Positions 38,401-50,595 are shown, counted from the whole stretch's first letter. The stretch: 54,663 nt of DNA, filler included, from Catajapyx aquilonaris (GCA_000934665.2; 2 parts of 2 records of this genome joined end to end with filler, not necessarily neighbours in it), one strand, 5' to 3'. Notes: generated from the letters alone by a model not told the origin. Numbers and translations: made by a program.

Positions 38401-39545
38401 ACCAATTAGATCCATTTTCCTCGTACGAGGCGATAGAATTATTAATTTTGTCAATCATTTTCCATAATATGTCATTCATGTTAGAGCCTGGGAAAATGGT
38501 TTGCATTTCACTTGTAAAAAATGCTTCTACGTCTGTATCAGGGGCACATGGCTCGGGTGGTTTCGGGGCATGGGCCTTTTCTCTCTTATTTGGTCCGCTT
38601 TAGACTGCGCGAGGGCGAGGGTCGGTGTCCCTGCGGGAGGGGGCGGCAGACTCCTGATCACGTGTTGTGGCACTGCGGGACGCCGGAGCTGACGGAGGCC
38701 CGCTCCGGGGTGATGCGGCTGGCCTTGCGGAGCGGTGCTGGCTGGCCCCCTTCTTCAAGGATGCTCATGGGATCTCTTCTGAGGAGCTTCAATTCTCTTT
38801 GGTTGGCGGCTGATGCTTGGCTCCAGGGGATCAATGGATGAATATGGTGTGTCACCGTACGGCGAGCTCCGTCGCCGGCGGAGTTTTAATGTGTACTGGT
38901 TTGGTTCTCTTGGTCTCTTGGTTCTCTTGGTTCTCTAAATCTGAGGTGGTGAAGGGTTTCGCTCTAAATTGTATGCGTCTCTGCGCGTTTTGGTGGTTGC
39001 TTTTGTGGTCGCGCCTTGGGGGTTTTCGGTTTTCGGTTTATCCAGGTTTGTTTGGCTCTTCTTGTTTGTTTATGATGTTGTCACTATTCGGTGATTAGAT
39101 GTTGATGGAGCCGGGGGCTGTAGATGGCTATGCCGGGTAAGCCCCCTTATATACATAAATAATACTAAAGTATCGATTCCCGCCATCGCGGTCGTCAGGT
39201 AGACTCTGGTCTTGACGGCAGGAAAATCACGAAACTGTAGATGCCACAATGCAGGTAGATCAAGATGGTCAAATACTTCTTCCACTGTATTGAAGTATGA
39301 TAGGTCGCCAGACTCATATTGACGACAGATGTTGTTAAAGGCGGCATATTTTACTTGAAACTTATCCTGTAAAATCATTTGCATTAGTCATCATGCTTTC
39401 ACAACAATTAGAATTACTTACAGTTGTTGGAGCTGGGTGATGAATGATCCGGTGTTCCGCCAATGCCTCTGCATCTCGCGTAAATCCATTGCAGATATTG
39501 CACCGATGGTCTGTGCTTATATGTTGGAACAACCTCTGTTCGGAC
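35474..39545 (-). pseudogene. Protein-primed family B DNA polymerase (Polinton/Maverick/adintovirus type) with a spliced N-terminal C2H2 finger exon; frameshifted and interrupted by an R1 LINE
   Basis: ExoI YADLEC, EndoVII-like CHIC..DHCH.TG..RG.AH..CN, ExoII HNWTRYDSHFI, ExoIII YLKSDVLLLAD, and polymerase motifs YLDATNLYG, KLANNSIYGK, TDTDS, KFKDE, GLRAKCY, DDKR. Lesions near 36150, 36830-36930 and 37560. The N-terminal part is 39366-39157, with upstream exon 39545-39422. Confidence 0.92.
38522..39150 (+). mobile_element. 5'-truncated R1-clade-like LINE inserted in the PolB gene
   Basis: VVSGHGPFLSYLVRF...CPCG...QTPDHVLWHC (CCHC) followed by a GT-rich 3' UTR. Confidence 0.8.
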
Positions 39546-39794
39546 CTGAAATAATAATATGTATTGTCGAACCTACGCAGGTACGGGTTCGAATATAAGT
39601 TGGAAGGAAGTAAAACATGGGTATGGCGACATTAACAGGTCAATGATAGTATCTATAAACGACTGTTTATTATAAATGTATATTTTACAGTTCCCATTAC
39701 TATGTGACCGTAACCGCTCCATGTTGCATCTTTCACATGAAGTGGCTAACGTCCCCCTCCAAAAATCACATACTTTGCGATTGAAAATTCTTAC

Positions 39795-39875
39795 CTGTAT
39801 TAGTGGTCAAGCTCTGTCTGCCAGGCCGGCAAGATGTGAAGTCTCTTTTAAAATAATTCCGGCGCTGCTTTTATA
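39795..39875 (-). promoter_or_regulatory. Putative Pol II promoter (TATAAAAG at 39875-39868) and non-coding first exon of the PolB gene
   Basis: TATA box, CACGTG upstream, and a short ATG-free segment ending in CAG|GTAAGA at 39795/39794. Confidence 0.5.
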
Positions 39876-41440
39876 GTGCCCGTTTTGGGGTGGGGTTTAC
39901 ACCACGTGAGTGTCATTTTCTGGGGGTTTTCCAGTAATATCGACTTAATTCTCGCATCCTCGGATGGACTTGTTGTATTGATAAGGTGTGCTGCTTGTAC
40001 TGTCCTCCGCTCTCGATCTCTAATGGCTCTTTTGAATGGCTTTCCGGCGCCAGGATGTCTACTACTTTATAGATTCCGGTGCCTGAGACTCCCTACTCTG
40101 GCATTGTACATTTGTACTGACATTATCAATCATGTAATATAATTGAGATTAAGTGGCATAATTACAGAAAATAAATTGTTACGAACGTGATTATTATAAT
40201 TATACGAGTTGTTATGCCATATGCGGCATGAAAAATATCCACCCACAACGGAAAAGAATTTTCAATCGCTTTTGCTGCAAGTGTTGCATTATGGTACTCA
40301 TCACACTTATATGTCACACTTATTACACTTAATACACGTAATACTTTCAATTATACGCTCTTTGAGGGATCCATATCATTGTAGCACAATTTCTTTTCTT
40401 ATATTATAAGCAATTTATGGGTTATGAAGTTCTGAACACTTGTAAGACATAAATTTCTTCACATTAATCAGTTACATATATCACTTGAACAATCACCTAA
40501 GTCCTTTGAACATTGAATATACCGACATTGTGTTAACATGTTTACACATAAATGAGAGAGACTATATACATACATAGCTAGAGATAACTGTTGCAGTAGT
40601 GAGTGTACTACTGATGGTCACTGGCACTGAAACATCACTATTGTCACCAGGCACACTTGGTACATAACTGGATTGCACTGGCACTCAAACAGCCACTTAT
40701 GTTTTCCACTTCAGCAGTTGGGCTGTATTTGTATGTCATTGGCACAGATCCTTCCCGGACAACTGGTGAGCACACAATATTCGTAAAATTGTTGAAACTC
40801 ACTGTACGATGAGAATCGGCAGATCGCATGTTTTCTCAGGTGCCGGTCTGCTTTTGTCCAGCCCAGTCCGTCTGTGTGGTGATGTTCCTTCAATGCTTCC
40901 CACACCACGATGGGATTGTTCACTGCTGCTACCGGGTGCTTGTCACTAGTATAACGAAGTTCTGGCGACTCCCAGTATGGGCCGGTATCAATACATATCA
41001 CAATAATGTTATCTTATTACTCACTGGCAGCGGAAATCGCAGTAGATACATCGATGCATGTCCATAGTGATATGAGCACTTTGCAGGAGAGAGGCTGGTT
41101 AATATTGCTGCCTTGCATAAATAATAAAAAACGTCAAATAAAATAAAATAAACCCGCCAATCAACATTTAGCCTTCACTACAATATTGTTTATGAAGAGT
41201 CTTAAGCACCAAAATAAAAACCATATTCAAATAAATGTCTGTTAGCATCAAATAAAAAAACCGCTAAATGACAGTTAAATAAAAACCGCAGTGATAGTTA
41301 GCCTTCACTACAATGAAAATAATAGCGCCAAACATCTACAAAACACACGGGCCTCGATAAATATAATTGATTCATTAATCCTTATCGGAAATTCGGACAC
41401 TTTTCTCCAAACACGCACGTTACAAGCACAGCCCTCCTAT

Positions 41441-41977
41441 GTTTGTTTGTTTGTTTGTTTTTGCTTTATTTATCCTGTGTCGGTCTGCAGCACATGCCGC
41501 TCGGCCGACCCTCCTCCTCCTTCACATGGTGACATTTACATTTACATAATTCCATTTACATTTACATACTTCCAGTTTATTTGGTTATACACATATAAAG
41601 TAAAATTGAATGGAAAAAAATGTCTTTTAGGCTGCAGGGTGGGCAGGCCAGTGGATACCAACAGCCTGGAGGCGGCCGGGGGGGTAGCCTACATGTGGCA
41701 CTGGGCGTACTCGATGGAATTACACCTGAGCCTGTACTCCCCCCTTGCCCACGCCCTGTGGGCAGGCACCCATGTCCTCCAATCATTCCTCAGGCATTCC
41801 GCAATTGTATGTTTTACATATTCATTGCAGCCCGGACAGTTGTTTGCGCTGCTCCTCGTCCCTGGGGCCTGGGGGCTGGGGCAGCATCCCAAAATGATAC
41901 ATCGGCTGCCCTTGCTGCATCACTGCTCCCTGGAAATGAGCCGTGACATAATTGCGAGGGTGACGGGCTGTAAAAAT
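41441..41977 (-). mobile_element. 5'-truncated LINE 3' end with (AAAC)n tail, flanked by long direct repeats (41333-41440 and 41978-42060)
   Basis: CPGC..HTIAEC CCHC motif. AATAAAG(CAAA)n tail abuts the left repeat. Both flanks run CATCTACAAAACACACGGGCCTCG...GCCCTCCTAT. Confidence 0.7.
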
Positions 41978-42890
41978 CATCTACAAAACACACGGGCCTC
42001 GATAAATATAATCGATTCATTAATCCTTATCGGAAATTCTCCAAACACGCGCCCTCCTATTTCGGCTTCACACTAAATTGTAAATATGGTGGAGAAAAGT
42101 GTGTTTTTTAAAGTGGTAGAGTGGTTCAGGTCCTCAAACGAATTGTGAAGTTGTGAACCGCGACGAACCACTCTGAAATTGGCCAAATCCTCATGCCTCA
42201 CCAATATTGATTGTGGAAGAATGGTTCGAGTCACTTCTAAACGCTAAAGTAACTTGAACCACTTTTGTGCTAAGCCCTTTTTTAAAAAATAGATGGCACA
42301 TATATGTCATCAACTTAAATATGATTAGCCCAGGTTTCTAGTTGATGTTCAAGTTTTCCGATTATCAGTCCCAGAGAGTAAGTAAAACAGCAGTATCACA
42401 GTAATATGACATTTATTTGTCACTCAGTAAATATGACAATAAGTGTTTAAACCTATGCAATAGCTAAGAATAACAATAATCGGTACTTACAGAATGTGGA
42501 TACACAGGTGTCCATCCTGGATAGAGACTGAGGAGATGGGAAACGGCGAGCCTTTTTATAGTGGCCAATGGAGCTTTTAACGCGCAGAATTATAGTTAAA
42601 ACTTGCGACATTATGGTGCAAAAAGTGTAGGTGCGGAGGGTGGCGCAACGCCTCTTTCGCAACTGCACTCTGCAGCATAAGGAAAAATTGTTCCTTGTCA
42701 GCGATGTAATACTGATCAACTGCGCAATATCCCGATGACTAAGTGTCAGGTGTTTAAAAGGACATTGCACAACGGGCGAAATTACGTAGCATAAGCTTGA
42801 TCTATAACGCGTATGTAAATGGTATAGGCCTCGCTGGGTGACATATATCTACCATAGGATCCCCACCTCTGTAGAAACTACAAGCACTAC

Positions 42891-43043
42891 TCACCTCCTT
42901 TTCACACAAATCAACACTGTAGTTGTATGTCCTAGGTATTACCTAGGACATACAACTACAGTGTTGATTTGTGTGAAAAGGAGGTGACCCGTCTGTGTCT
43001 TGAGCAATCTATACTATAGATTGCTCAAGACACAGACGGGTCA
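42891..43043. repeat. Two abutting perfect palindromes (48-bp and 29-bp arms, 1-nt spacers)
   Basis: 42891-42938 = reverse complement of 42940-42987. 42985-43013 = reverse complement of 43015-43043. The two overlap by TGA. Confidence 0.97.
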
Positions 43044-45049
43044 GCGCACAATCTACCAGAAGCATACTGAGCCAAAACGTCAGGAGTCTTTTACACAGTT
43101 CAACTTGGCCCCAATGATCAGATAGGGGCCCCTTCCTAAACACAAGGTGTGCATATGCGGTTCGCAATAAATGACTGGACGACTTTCAAGCAAACTGATC
43201 AGATCTAGTCAAATAAACAAGTCTAACATTACGCTCCTGTAATATCATGTAAACTGAAGCTGAGATAAGGTCGTTGCAGCTTCAAACTTTGAAGACCTAA
43301 CATAGCTTTTTCCTGTCAATATTAATGAAAGTAATTAATAATGGTACTGCATAACCTGGGATACATCCGGAAATTGGAAGCAACGTTGTTGTGAGGCATG
43401 TTAGCATTGGTCATTTTTCCCCCTTGGGTGGGATATATTGGTCGTTCTTTCACATACAGAAAGTGTAGTTCAGATCATAAAATCACACGCTGAGTCAGCA
43501 TATTCCGACAGAGAATTTTTTAAAATCAGAAGTTACATCACGTTGGAGCCGCTCAGGCTTCACCTACGAGATAGAACCTGAGCGGTCCCAGGAGGGACTT
43601 GTTCCTTGTCACGAAAAAAATTTCATTCATTTTCACCCTTAGGAATTTTTTCTGACAAAGTTATGGAAGGATAGGGGAAAATTCAGTTAAAATGTTAGAT
43701 AGGTTTAAATAGTGGTTGGAGCCTCTCAGGCTCCACCTACGTAGTTAAGGGTTGCAACAAATAAGACAAACTAAAAAATTTGGGCCGACACTTTGAATAA
43801 GCTAATCGGACTTCGTGGTCAGAAATATAGGGCATGGGGTCGCTTCCATATACAAACAGTGGGGAATCATTAAAACTGCTGTAATTTGACATGAGTTGGA
43901 ATTATCACAAATTTTTGCAGATGTCTACGGATATTTATCAATGGAACATGGGTTGAGGCAAGTTCCTAAATTAATTTCCAAAAATACTCGAAATCTGAGA
44001 AGTGTCGGCCAACGGTTACGCCGGTTTAAAATACACTGAATAACTATTATGCTAGACAAATAAGGCCTAACTGATATCGCCGTACTTCGCTAGAAATAAA
44101 TGGATTTGGGTTCAGAAGTACGGCATGTAGCATTACTGATCCTCGCTACGGCAAGGGCGGGGGTGTCGGAGGACTTGCTGTGGCCCTGATGTCACCACCA
44201 GCACGATGGGAACCATCTTTTCTGCTCACGGTACCTGCCTGTCCTTCCGGGCCACGGAGGATTGGTTCTAAGCTGTAGAAACCAGCACCATATTTGGACT
44301 GTAAAGGAAGAGTGGGGAATTAAAGTCTATGGATACTCGAGAAAGTGGTAAATGCTTACGCGTGACAGATGGCAGGCACACACTATGGTGATCAACAATG
44401 CCCCATATCCGATGCAAGCAAGGGAAATGTGGACTTCCATCAGATTGATGCCATTTGGCCCAGCAGCAGTCAATAGTGATCGCCATCACGAACTTCGGCA
44501 GCCGTTGGCGCCACTGCCGAAGTTGACGCATCGGCGGCAGGCACTACTTGATTGGCCTGCACCCCTACAGCTTCCCTCAACGTCGCCGACAATTCTGCTT
44601 GGCGGCGTCGACTCTCATGTCGGCGAATACCTTATTCCTTCCGACGGCCCCGCCGATCGAGGTGCAGATGTCCTTTTTTCCTGCTGGCGCCCTTGTTTGG
44701 TCAAAGCCAGCTCCTATCTCCATTTCCGTCAGTACGCCTCTCTGTCACGTACCTCCTCGAGAAAATTGGAACTCCGTTTGGTTCTGTACCGTCGCCCTGG
44801 ACCTCGCAGCAGCGGGTTCTACGAAAGAAGAAAGGTCTTGTAATTAACAGCTCATCTGCAGAATCATGTTCGTCACACATTTTAAGTACCTGTGCATAAA
44901 ATTCCTTCCCACTCTTGGACACATCTATTTTGGACAAAAGCTAAAGCATCTTAACATCTCGTGCTTTCTGTGGTTTTACATGATTGTCTCTGGCTAGCAA
45001 GGGTATATTCGCAAAGCCAATCTATATGTACTTTTTAGTACCACACTTT

Positions 45050-45805
45050 TTTCCCATAGACTATTGTGCAGGCCTGACAGTACATGCTCTTGACATTCAC
45101 ATCCAGCACCCTTCCAGTTTTGTTCTCAATGATTGTTTGGACTCCAAAAGCCGAAGTGAACCCACGCTGTCGCCAAGACCCATCCCCTGACACTTTGACA
45201 CTGTTCCCCTCTTCAGTCATCATCTTATCTCCAGCAGCTTGGCTCATTACCTTTTCACACACACTCTTTGCACTTTCCTTTATGTTCAAGGATACACTGT
45301 CATAGGTCTTTTGCGCCACTGGTTTTGGTAGGTCCATAACTGCAGAAAATGTCTCATTTGCCGCTCTACCACATCCTAACAGTCGCATTGCCAAGCCCAT
45401 TCTTTTATTTACACAGTACTGGCTTTTTGGGGGCCCAATTTGGTTGCAGGAGTCAACTTTTCCCAGAGTGTCGCAATTCTTGCATGTCACCACAAGTTTG
45501 AAGCCGAGTCCTCTGCAGTCACTTTTAGTAAATTCAACTTCACCAGCACACTTGTGGCACCGCAGAAGGAGTTGCAGGTGGTTGAAAACTTTGACAAAGT
45601 TGATGATTTCGTGCTCGACGTCACTCGACACTTGCGGTGAGTCACGCGACTCGGAGTCGGCAGCTGCCTGTGTTGCTGCGACGACACATCGCGGCGTAAT
45701 TACACAGCTGATTCTCCTGTGCATCTGTGAAGATCCTTCGACAGGCATAATTAGGAGAAGTTCGAATATCTTCACCTGGATGAGCCTTCTTCCTTTTAAC
45801 GTACC
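45050..45805 (-). mobile_element. Kolobok-like ('Mutator-like transposase' domain) DDE transposase, N-terminal half
   Basis: CHKC..GLGFKL...CKNC, VNKR..LAMRLLG.G, VSGDGSWRQRGFTSAFG, TGRVLDV.VKS.YCQAC. Truncated after the CxxC. Confidence 0.8.
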
Positions 45806-45991
45806 TGAAAAGAATAATAATTGTCAGTTTTTACCATTAGCTTATGTGCATGAGCTAACAGGGTCACATTCTTTTAATACTTACTCATACAAGGTTTGGA
45901 AAGAAACACATTTTTCTTGAGCAGCTTTCCTCATGCTCAGCCCCGTTTCAGTCAGTGCCTGTGCTTCAGCCATTGCTTGGGCATTTGGGCC

Positions 45992-46455
45992 CAAATTAGA
46001 ATTACCAGTCGCATTCGCACCACGCTGTAAAAGGAGAATGAATATAGGTTACTCGCTCACTCAAAAAACTCGTGATATATACAGTACGTTACTTACACGA
46101 TGACTGATTGCCATATATAACACAACAATTAAACCGTAAATCTCGCTGAGAACCATGACCTGCACTTCTAATTGTCCGATGACGTATGACGGGGGGCATA
46201 TTATGATTAAAGTAGATACATATCCGGCTATTAGAGTCCACCATCCTGCCTGACTTGTTTTCTGCCAAAAAAAAATTGGCACCGGAAGGGAACAGCCAAA
46301 CGGAAACAAAAATATCTGCTTCAGCCGTCCGAACCTGCAAGACAATTAGATTACGTAATACCGTCATTGTGGCGTCATCAACTGTAACTAGACCTCCGGT
46401 ACCTTCTTCAATTGACCCCAAATAAGGCAACCGGTTGCAATGGTTGCAAATAGCC
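45992..46455. repeat. Interspersed repeat A, copy 2
   Basis: Near-identical to 30806-31236. Confidence 0.95.
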
Positions 46456-47089
46456 GGCTATGGGTAGATGCCTGGCTACCCAGATGGGACGAAAATACTG
46501 TATGTGGCCAATAGTAATGGCCAGACTGCGATGTCCCAACATTAGCAAAATATCCCCGGTCACATCCACACCCTGACACAGTCCATCCTAGGTTTGTCAT
46601 GCTATGATTATCATGCTGATACGTAACCTGCTCCCTAGGCAACCCCTGTAAGGTGATTGGGTCCGCCTGTCAGGGGATCTCCCTACAAAGAGGTGCCAGG
46701 TGTGTTGCCACATGTGTATAGGGGTAGGCCAATGTATCCGATCATCCACCTCATCACCGGTCGGTCCCCTGACTTTTCTTCTTCCTACATTTTCAACTTG
46801 TTTTGGGTAAATGAGCATGCTGTTTGCTGGTTGACCTTCCCGTAAGATACACACTGTATAATGCTATTCCATACCTACCATTTCTAGGGTACAATATTAT
46901 GACATCAGAATATATTTTCCGTGGTTTTGTCATAGCCACCCGGGCAGAACCAATCACCATCTGGGATATCCTTCATGGGTGGCTTGAGGGTTTGGCGCCG
47001 GGCCTTTATGGTCGGGTCGCCGTAACTCTGACAAAGTCACATCCACACCGGTCATTACGTCTCTGGTGTCAAGCACAGACACCCCTCTC

Positions 47090-47511
47090 ACTTCTTCCCA
47101 TATGGCCTCACCGCGCAAGTGCACTATCATGAGCCAGGAGTTGGCCGCCAATAATTGAACTTCCGTGTGTTTGGAATCGAGGCAAAGGTAGAGAGATACG
47201 TGGTCCTCGTCCTCGACAGATTACAAACGCAGCATCCACTTATTTGGAATGGAAGGATAATCTGCGTCGATTGGGAACAATGGCGACAATAATATCTGCT
47301 CGTTGCCTTCGTCTGGTCTTGCGCTGAAGTTGTAAATGTTCCAGTGAAAGTTGATGGCTTCTCCGACTAGTACGGCTTCAGGTCCATCCAGTTGGACATC
47401 TAGACAAGATCCTGTAGGGGAAGCCAGACCACTCCATCTCAACAGCAACACTGCTCCAGCACAGCAGGCCATTATTATCGCCGTCGCCACTATAATACGC
47501 ATACTAGCCAT
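47090..47511 (-). pseudogene. SPOP-like MATH-domain gene with hydrophobic N-terminus; premature stop
   Basis: MASMRIIVATAIIMACCAGAVLLL...FHWNIYNFS...SPLF...KWMLRL*SVEDEDHVSLYLCL...LMIVHLRGE reads in one frame through TAA at 47223-47221. Confidence 0.7.
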
Positions 47512-48807
47512 CCTTGTTGGAATGGACAGGACGGTCCTCTGGGAGGCTGTGTATGGGGACTCTAGCTAGATTCAACGCGACCGTGTCCCTGGCCAGCGGC
47601 GTCCCAACATAGGACATTGCTGGAAGAAGCCATGACGTGTGTCTTATTACCCACATGGCAGCGATCAAACCCGTTGTGGCAGGCCGAATCTGCAAGTTGG
47701 TAAAAGGTTGGAAACCACTGCGTTAAATCTACATCATGTATCTAGGTGCTGCAAACTGGCTCGGGGGAATGGGGAGAGGAGGGTAGAAGCAGGAAATCAA
47801 TGAATCCGTGTTCAGCAGCAGTAGCATATGGGCCCAAATTCGAATTACCAGTCACATTCGCACCATGCTGTGAAAGGAGAATGAATATAGGTTACTCGCC
47901 CACTGTACTGTGGGTAATGCAACAAATGATGATGCTTGTTTATGGGACTCACATCTGGAAATAACTTCTTAAAGAGCAGGTTGTGTTCAATAATTATGAG
48001 TTCATTGAGACATGCCAGTAGGCAGTGAGACACAATTAGAGCAATTATTATTCCACTGATTCGTAAGAGGAGGACAAGAAGTTGGATATACGAGTTGTAG
48101 GCACTTTTTCTGCAAGTATGAAGGGCAATACTCGTAGTAAACACCATCAAAATACTTGGCGGGAATCTAATCAATACATGTGAATATTGGTATGGATGCT
48201 TTGAAAGGAAATGGGAGAGGGGAAGAAACCTGATGCCTAGGGTGGTCCTTAGGCCAAATCAAAATCCATGCCAACATATCAATAAAAAGCACTGGCACTG
48301 GAGTATCAAGGAATTGATCCAAAATCCCACTTGCTCCAGAATTCCAATCACTTCCTGACCATCTCTGCTCTCCTCAAACCCACTTGCTCCAGTCCCTCAC
48401 TCTAATACCTGTTTCAGTTACCTGCGCATCTATCAATCAAAAATTACTAAAGCATGTGTTTAAATTGTGCATTGTGGAGTACAAGTTTCCAAAGTATTTT
48501 TGAGGAATGTGTTGACACTTTAGTCACTGGCTTGCCACACAGTTGGACCTCCTAATGGTATTCTTTTAGTTTTTTGAAATTGCGTAGTCTGCGAGTGTGT
48601 GCGAGCGTGTGCGAGCGAAATGCCAGAGTATACCAGCTTCCCCCGCCTGTACAGAAAGTAATTCTGGTGGCGTCTGCCTTCATGTCCTTCTTCCTCGTCC
48701 GTGCCGGCGACCAAGGAACCAGGCTGGAACATCACATGCCCATCTCATGTCCATCCTGGACAGACTTTTTGGGTATCATAGGTCTACAGTAATTGCACAA
48801 CACATGG

Positions 48808-50251
48808 CTATGGTTGGTAAATAAGGATTCTCCATGACACTTCATTGATCAGAGGGAGGACTTCTGTCGTGTCAAGCAATTTTTCAAAATCTCGAGTGTT
48901 AAGCACCTTGCCCTGATTGACCAACAAAAACTGCAAGAGGTCCATCGAATCGGCTTCGTGCACCGCTACCGGGATCCTGATGGTGGTGTCCACCGTGATG
49001 CTGTCGGTCAGGATGTTCTCGCATAGTCTCTTCAGGTCGTCCAAATTGTTCTTGTGGGCCAAGACCAGGAGGTCTGACACCACGCCGACGCTTTTAGGAT
49101 TCTGCAAACAAGAGGGCTAACTCACTCGCTCACCTTGTAGCCTGTGAACGTGTACGTTCCTGTTTGGTTATTTAGCGTCGTGTATAGGAATAGCAGATTA
49201 GTTCCATTGGAATTGAGAGAAGAAGCTCGGTAGGAATTAACTGTGAAATCAGGGTGTCCCCATCCCTGTTGATAATTTACATTCTTAATAAGTAATTAAT
49301 AAGCGAAATATTAATAAGCAATAAGTTACTTGTGTGTAGGTCTACTGTAGCAATGGGCAACCACTCTCAACGGAAGTTCCAATCCCTTCATTTGGTCCCA
49401 GGTGTTGCTCATCAGGACTTCCAACATTCTGTATTGAGTTTCGCACGACTCGGTATGGGTTTGGTCGACCCAGTGTCTGGCCTGAATGTCACAGGCTATG
49501 TGCAGAGTGTCGTTGTCCCAGTCCATGGAGGACCTCGGAATGAATTTGGAGTGTCGCCAACAGGGTTAGCCATCGTAATTTTCTTCCAGAAACTTGCTGG
49601 GAGTTTCCCTGTTTGTTTTTTTAATTTATTTTTTTATTTTAACACACAGTCATGTAGTAAGTAAATAACTTTTTTTTAAGGGTGGAGCAGTCAAATGCTG
49701 GGATTTAGCATGGTTTTGCCCTTTTTTTAAAATGAATTTTTAAGGCACACCATTTTGGAATGTTTGGAATGGGGAGTAGTGGTATGTCCAGGATCTTTGA
49801 TGGAGATTGGGGAAGCTTTGCTGAAAATGATTTCTGGTTGCCAAGTGCTCCGGGTTATAAAGTTTGTCATTCGGCTATTGATTTCGGGTATGGAGAGGGT
49901 AATAAATAAATAAATAAATAAATAAATACCAACTTGGTGTTGGTGGTGGCTGTGGTGGTGGCGGTGGTTGAGTACTGGTAGTTGTTGACCAAGACGTTGA
50001 AGTGAAAGTCTTCCAAGTGGACATCTGGCTGTGTGGGCTCTAGGCACACATGAATGCCAGGTGGCCAACCAGAGAATCCATTTTGTGGTGGAAACCGGGA
50101 AGGGCGGCGACTTATTGGGTAGCTCGCCTCGCATGGTGAGGTTGTGGATGGTCCATCGGAATCCGGGTGTATTATTCGATCGTAGTGGCAACATTACACA
50201 GGCTATTATTATTACTATTGTTGCCACAGCTTGTTTATGGGTGCTGGCCAT
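48808..50251 (-). pseudogene. SPOP-like MATH-BTB-BACK gene with hydrophobic N-terminus; disrupted
   Basis: MASTHKQAVATIVIIIACVML..FRWTIHN..SPPF..KWILWL, FHFNVL, W.HSKFIPR...NDTLHIACDI, and DLLVLAHKNNLDDLKRLCENIL..SITVDT. TATAAAG about 45 nt upstream. Frameshift near 50050 and a LINE insertion. Confidence 0.75.
49680..49928 (+). mobile_element. Short LINE 3' fragment with (TAAA)n tail inserted in the MATH-BTB gene
   Basis: HTILEC motif and (AATA)n tail at 49901-49928. Confidence 0.5.
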
Positions 50252-50383
50252 CGTGTCTCTCTAGTTGGGAGGTTCCTGTGTAGTTGCTTGCTTTATATGG
50301 AAGGGGAGAGGGGGATAGATAGGAAGAGCATGAAAGGTCTGGTTATGGAGATCTGGGTAGGAGGTCAGCTGTAGGCGACCCTT

Positions 50384-50595
50384 CCCAGCTAACACAAATT
50401 GCTCCCAAAGATGTGCACAGGACGTCCCAAATGTCCCAGCCGAACATCCCTGGTTCATCCCATTGTCATCCCAATTTTTTCTAGGGACGTCCCTGGGATG
50501 CCAAAATGTCCCACGTTTCAATCTCCCATGGACATCCACATGAGGTCCTCGTGGGGCCTACTCAGGACCCTCCTGGGATGTACCAGGGACATCTC
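50384..50595. mobile_element. EnSpm/CACTA-like element end with subterminal repeats
   Basis: Starts CCCAGCTAACAC, followed by multiple GGGA(C/T)GTCCC / GGACATC motifs in both orientations. Confidence 0.55.

Noticed and set aside
40160..41090. Short - strand ORFs including HRCIYCDFRC
   Set aside because: Possible zinc-finger remnant, but it cannot be assembled into a supported gene.
29700..41100. Complete Polinton or endogenous giant virus
   Set aside because: No integrase, packaging ATPase, maturation protease, capsid gene or long TIRs recognised. The intervening pieces belong to unrelated TE superfamilies.
42891..43043. Parvovirus/densovirus T-shaped terminal hairpin
   Set aside because: The flanks do not pair to form the required outer stem, and no NS1 or VP remnants are seen nearby.
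43540..43755. Repeated GTTGGAGCC.CTCAGGCT.CACCTACG ending near TAAGGGTT (piggyBac-like end)
   Set aside because: TTAA terminus is degenerate and no partner end was found.
44268..45030. Overlapping ORFs on both strands
   Set aside because: The locally higher GC explains the open frames. No family recognised.
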